Assembly (NCBI RefSeq): GCF_004010195.1
Contig: NC_057752.1
Location: forward strand, 2,978,222-3,042,221
From: Chiloscyllium plagiosum
Taxonomy: Eukaryota
Length of the DNA stretch: 64,000 bases
Reading direction: 5' to 3'
Position numbers and translations under genes: made by a program. Numbering within the stretch: the stretch's first letter is position 1; each line of letters opens with the position of its first letter. Of the stretch, positions 63,368 to 64,000 are shown one piece after another. The notes beneath the pieces are model-generated. The model saw nothing but the letters and a program-made list of their open reading frames with translations, was not told where the DNA came from and did no database searches.

Positions 63368-64000
63368 TAATTTAATCATGTTTTAGTTCTGTTTTGACCA
63401 GCCCAATTTATTTATGATTTTTTTCTATCAGAATAGCTTACCAATTAGCACGACACAACACCAAGTTTGTGATGAAGAATCTTTGCTATCTGTCACTTGT
63501 CACATCGGGAGATTCTTCTGTGCTTTTTTTTTCAAATGCAAATTCAGTCACAGGATGAGCGATTAAAGACGCCAAATTAAAATTGCAAGTTGTTCATTTT
63601 CTGCAGAGCTCCTGATCCAAGCAGAACGTCTCTTGGTAACTTGCAAAATCTGCATTTATCATAATCCAACTGAAGCCTCCATGAGCCTCTGATCACTGAG
63701 TGCTGTGCCACTTGCAAAACTCATACACCCAGACTATTTGCTGAGCAATGTATCCATTTTAAAGGCTGCAGTACTAATTTGAAATTGAAACGTAAAGAGC
63801 TTTGAGCCAGTGCAGGTTTGAATCCAATCCAAACTGACAGGATGAAGATTTCTGCACAGCCTCTTCCAAAATCCTGCAGTAAGTCTCACTAAGCTATACA
63901 CGCCTGATCCTGGATACAATATCCAGCTCTTGTTGAGCAGTCTGAACAGTAGTTGGACAGACACTTAGCCTTATGTCTTAAGCCTGCAGTTCCTTCCTTC

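Overview
This is vertebrate genomic DNA, and its repeat families point to a cartilaginous fish (inferred: carpet or bamboo shark type). The window lies inside one large minus-strand gene for an acid-sensing ion channel of the ASIC1 group. I located five internal coding exons by hand (56149-56302, 46321-46448, 42047-42197, 24893-24949, 13272-13425); all have GT-AG boundaries and consistent phase. I did not find the 5' and 3' exons, which presumably lie outside the window. The introns are full of retroelement debris: HE1-type V-SINEs, other tRNA-head SINEs, CR1 and L2 LINE fragments and probable solo LTRs. They also hold a TIR-bounded Harbinger-like element with a duplicated Myb/SANT remnant and a 42-bp minisatellite. 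The most striking feature is about ten short, often palindromic Penelope-like insertions from at least three or four families. Several have 13-15 bp target-site duplications, and most carry minimal hammerhead-ribozyme cores (CUGANGA-stem-GAAA, palindromic helix III). One apparently intact ribozyme is in the sense orientation of the ASIC pre-mRNA. Nearly all other ORFs in the supplied track are incidental or transposon remnants.
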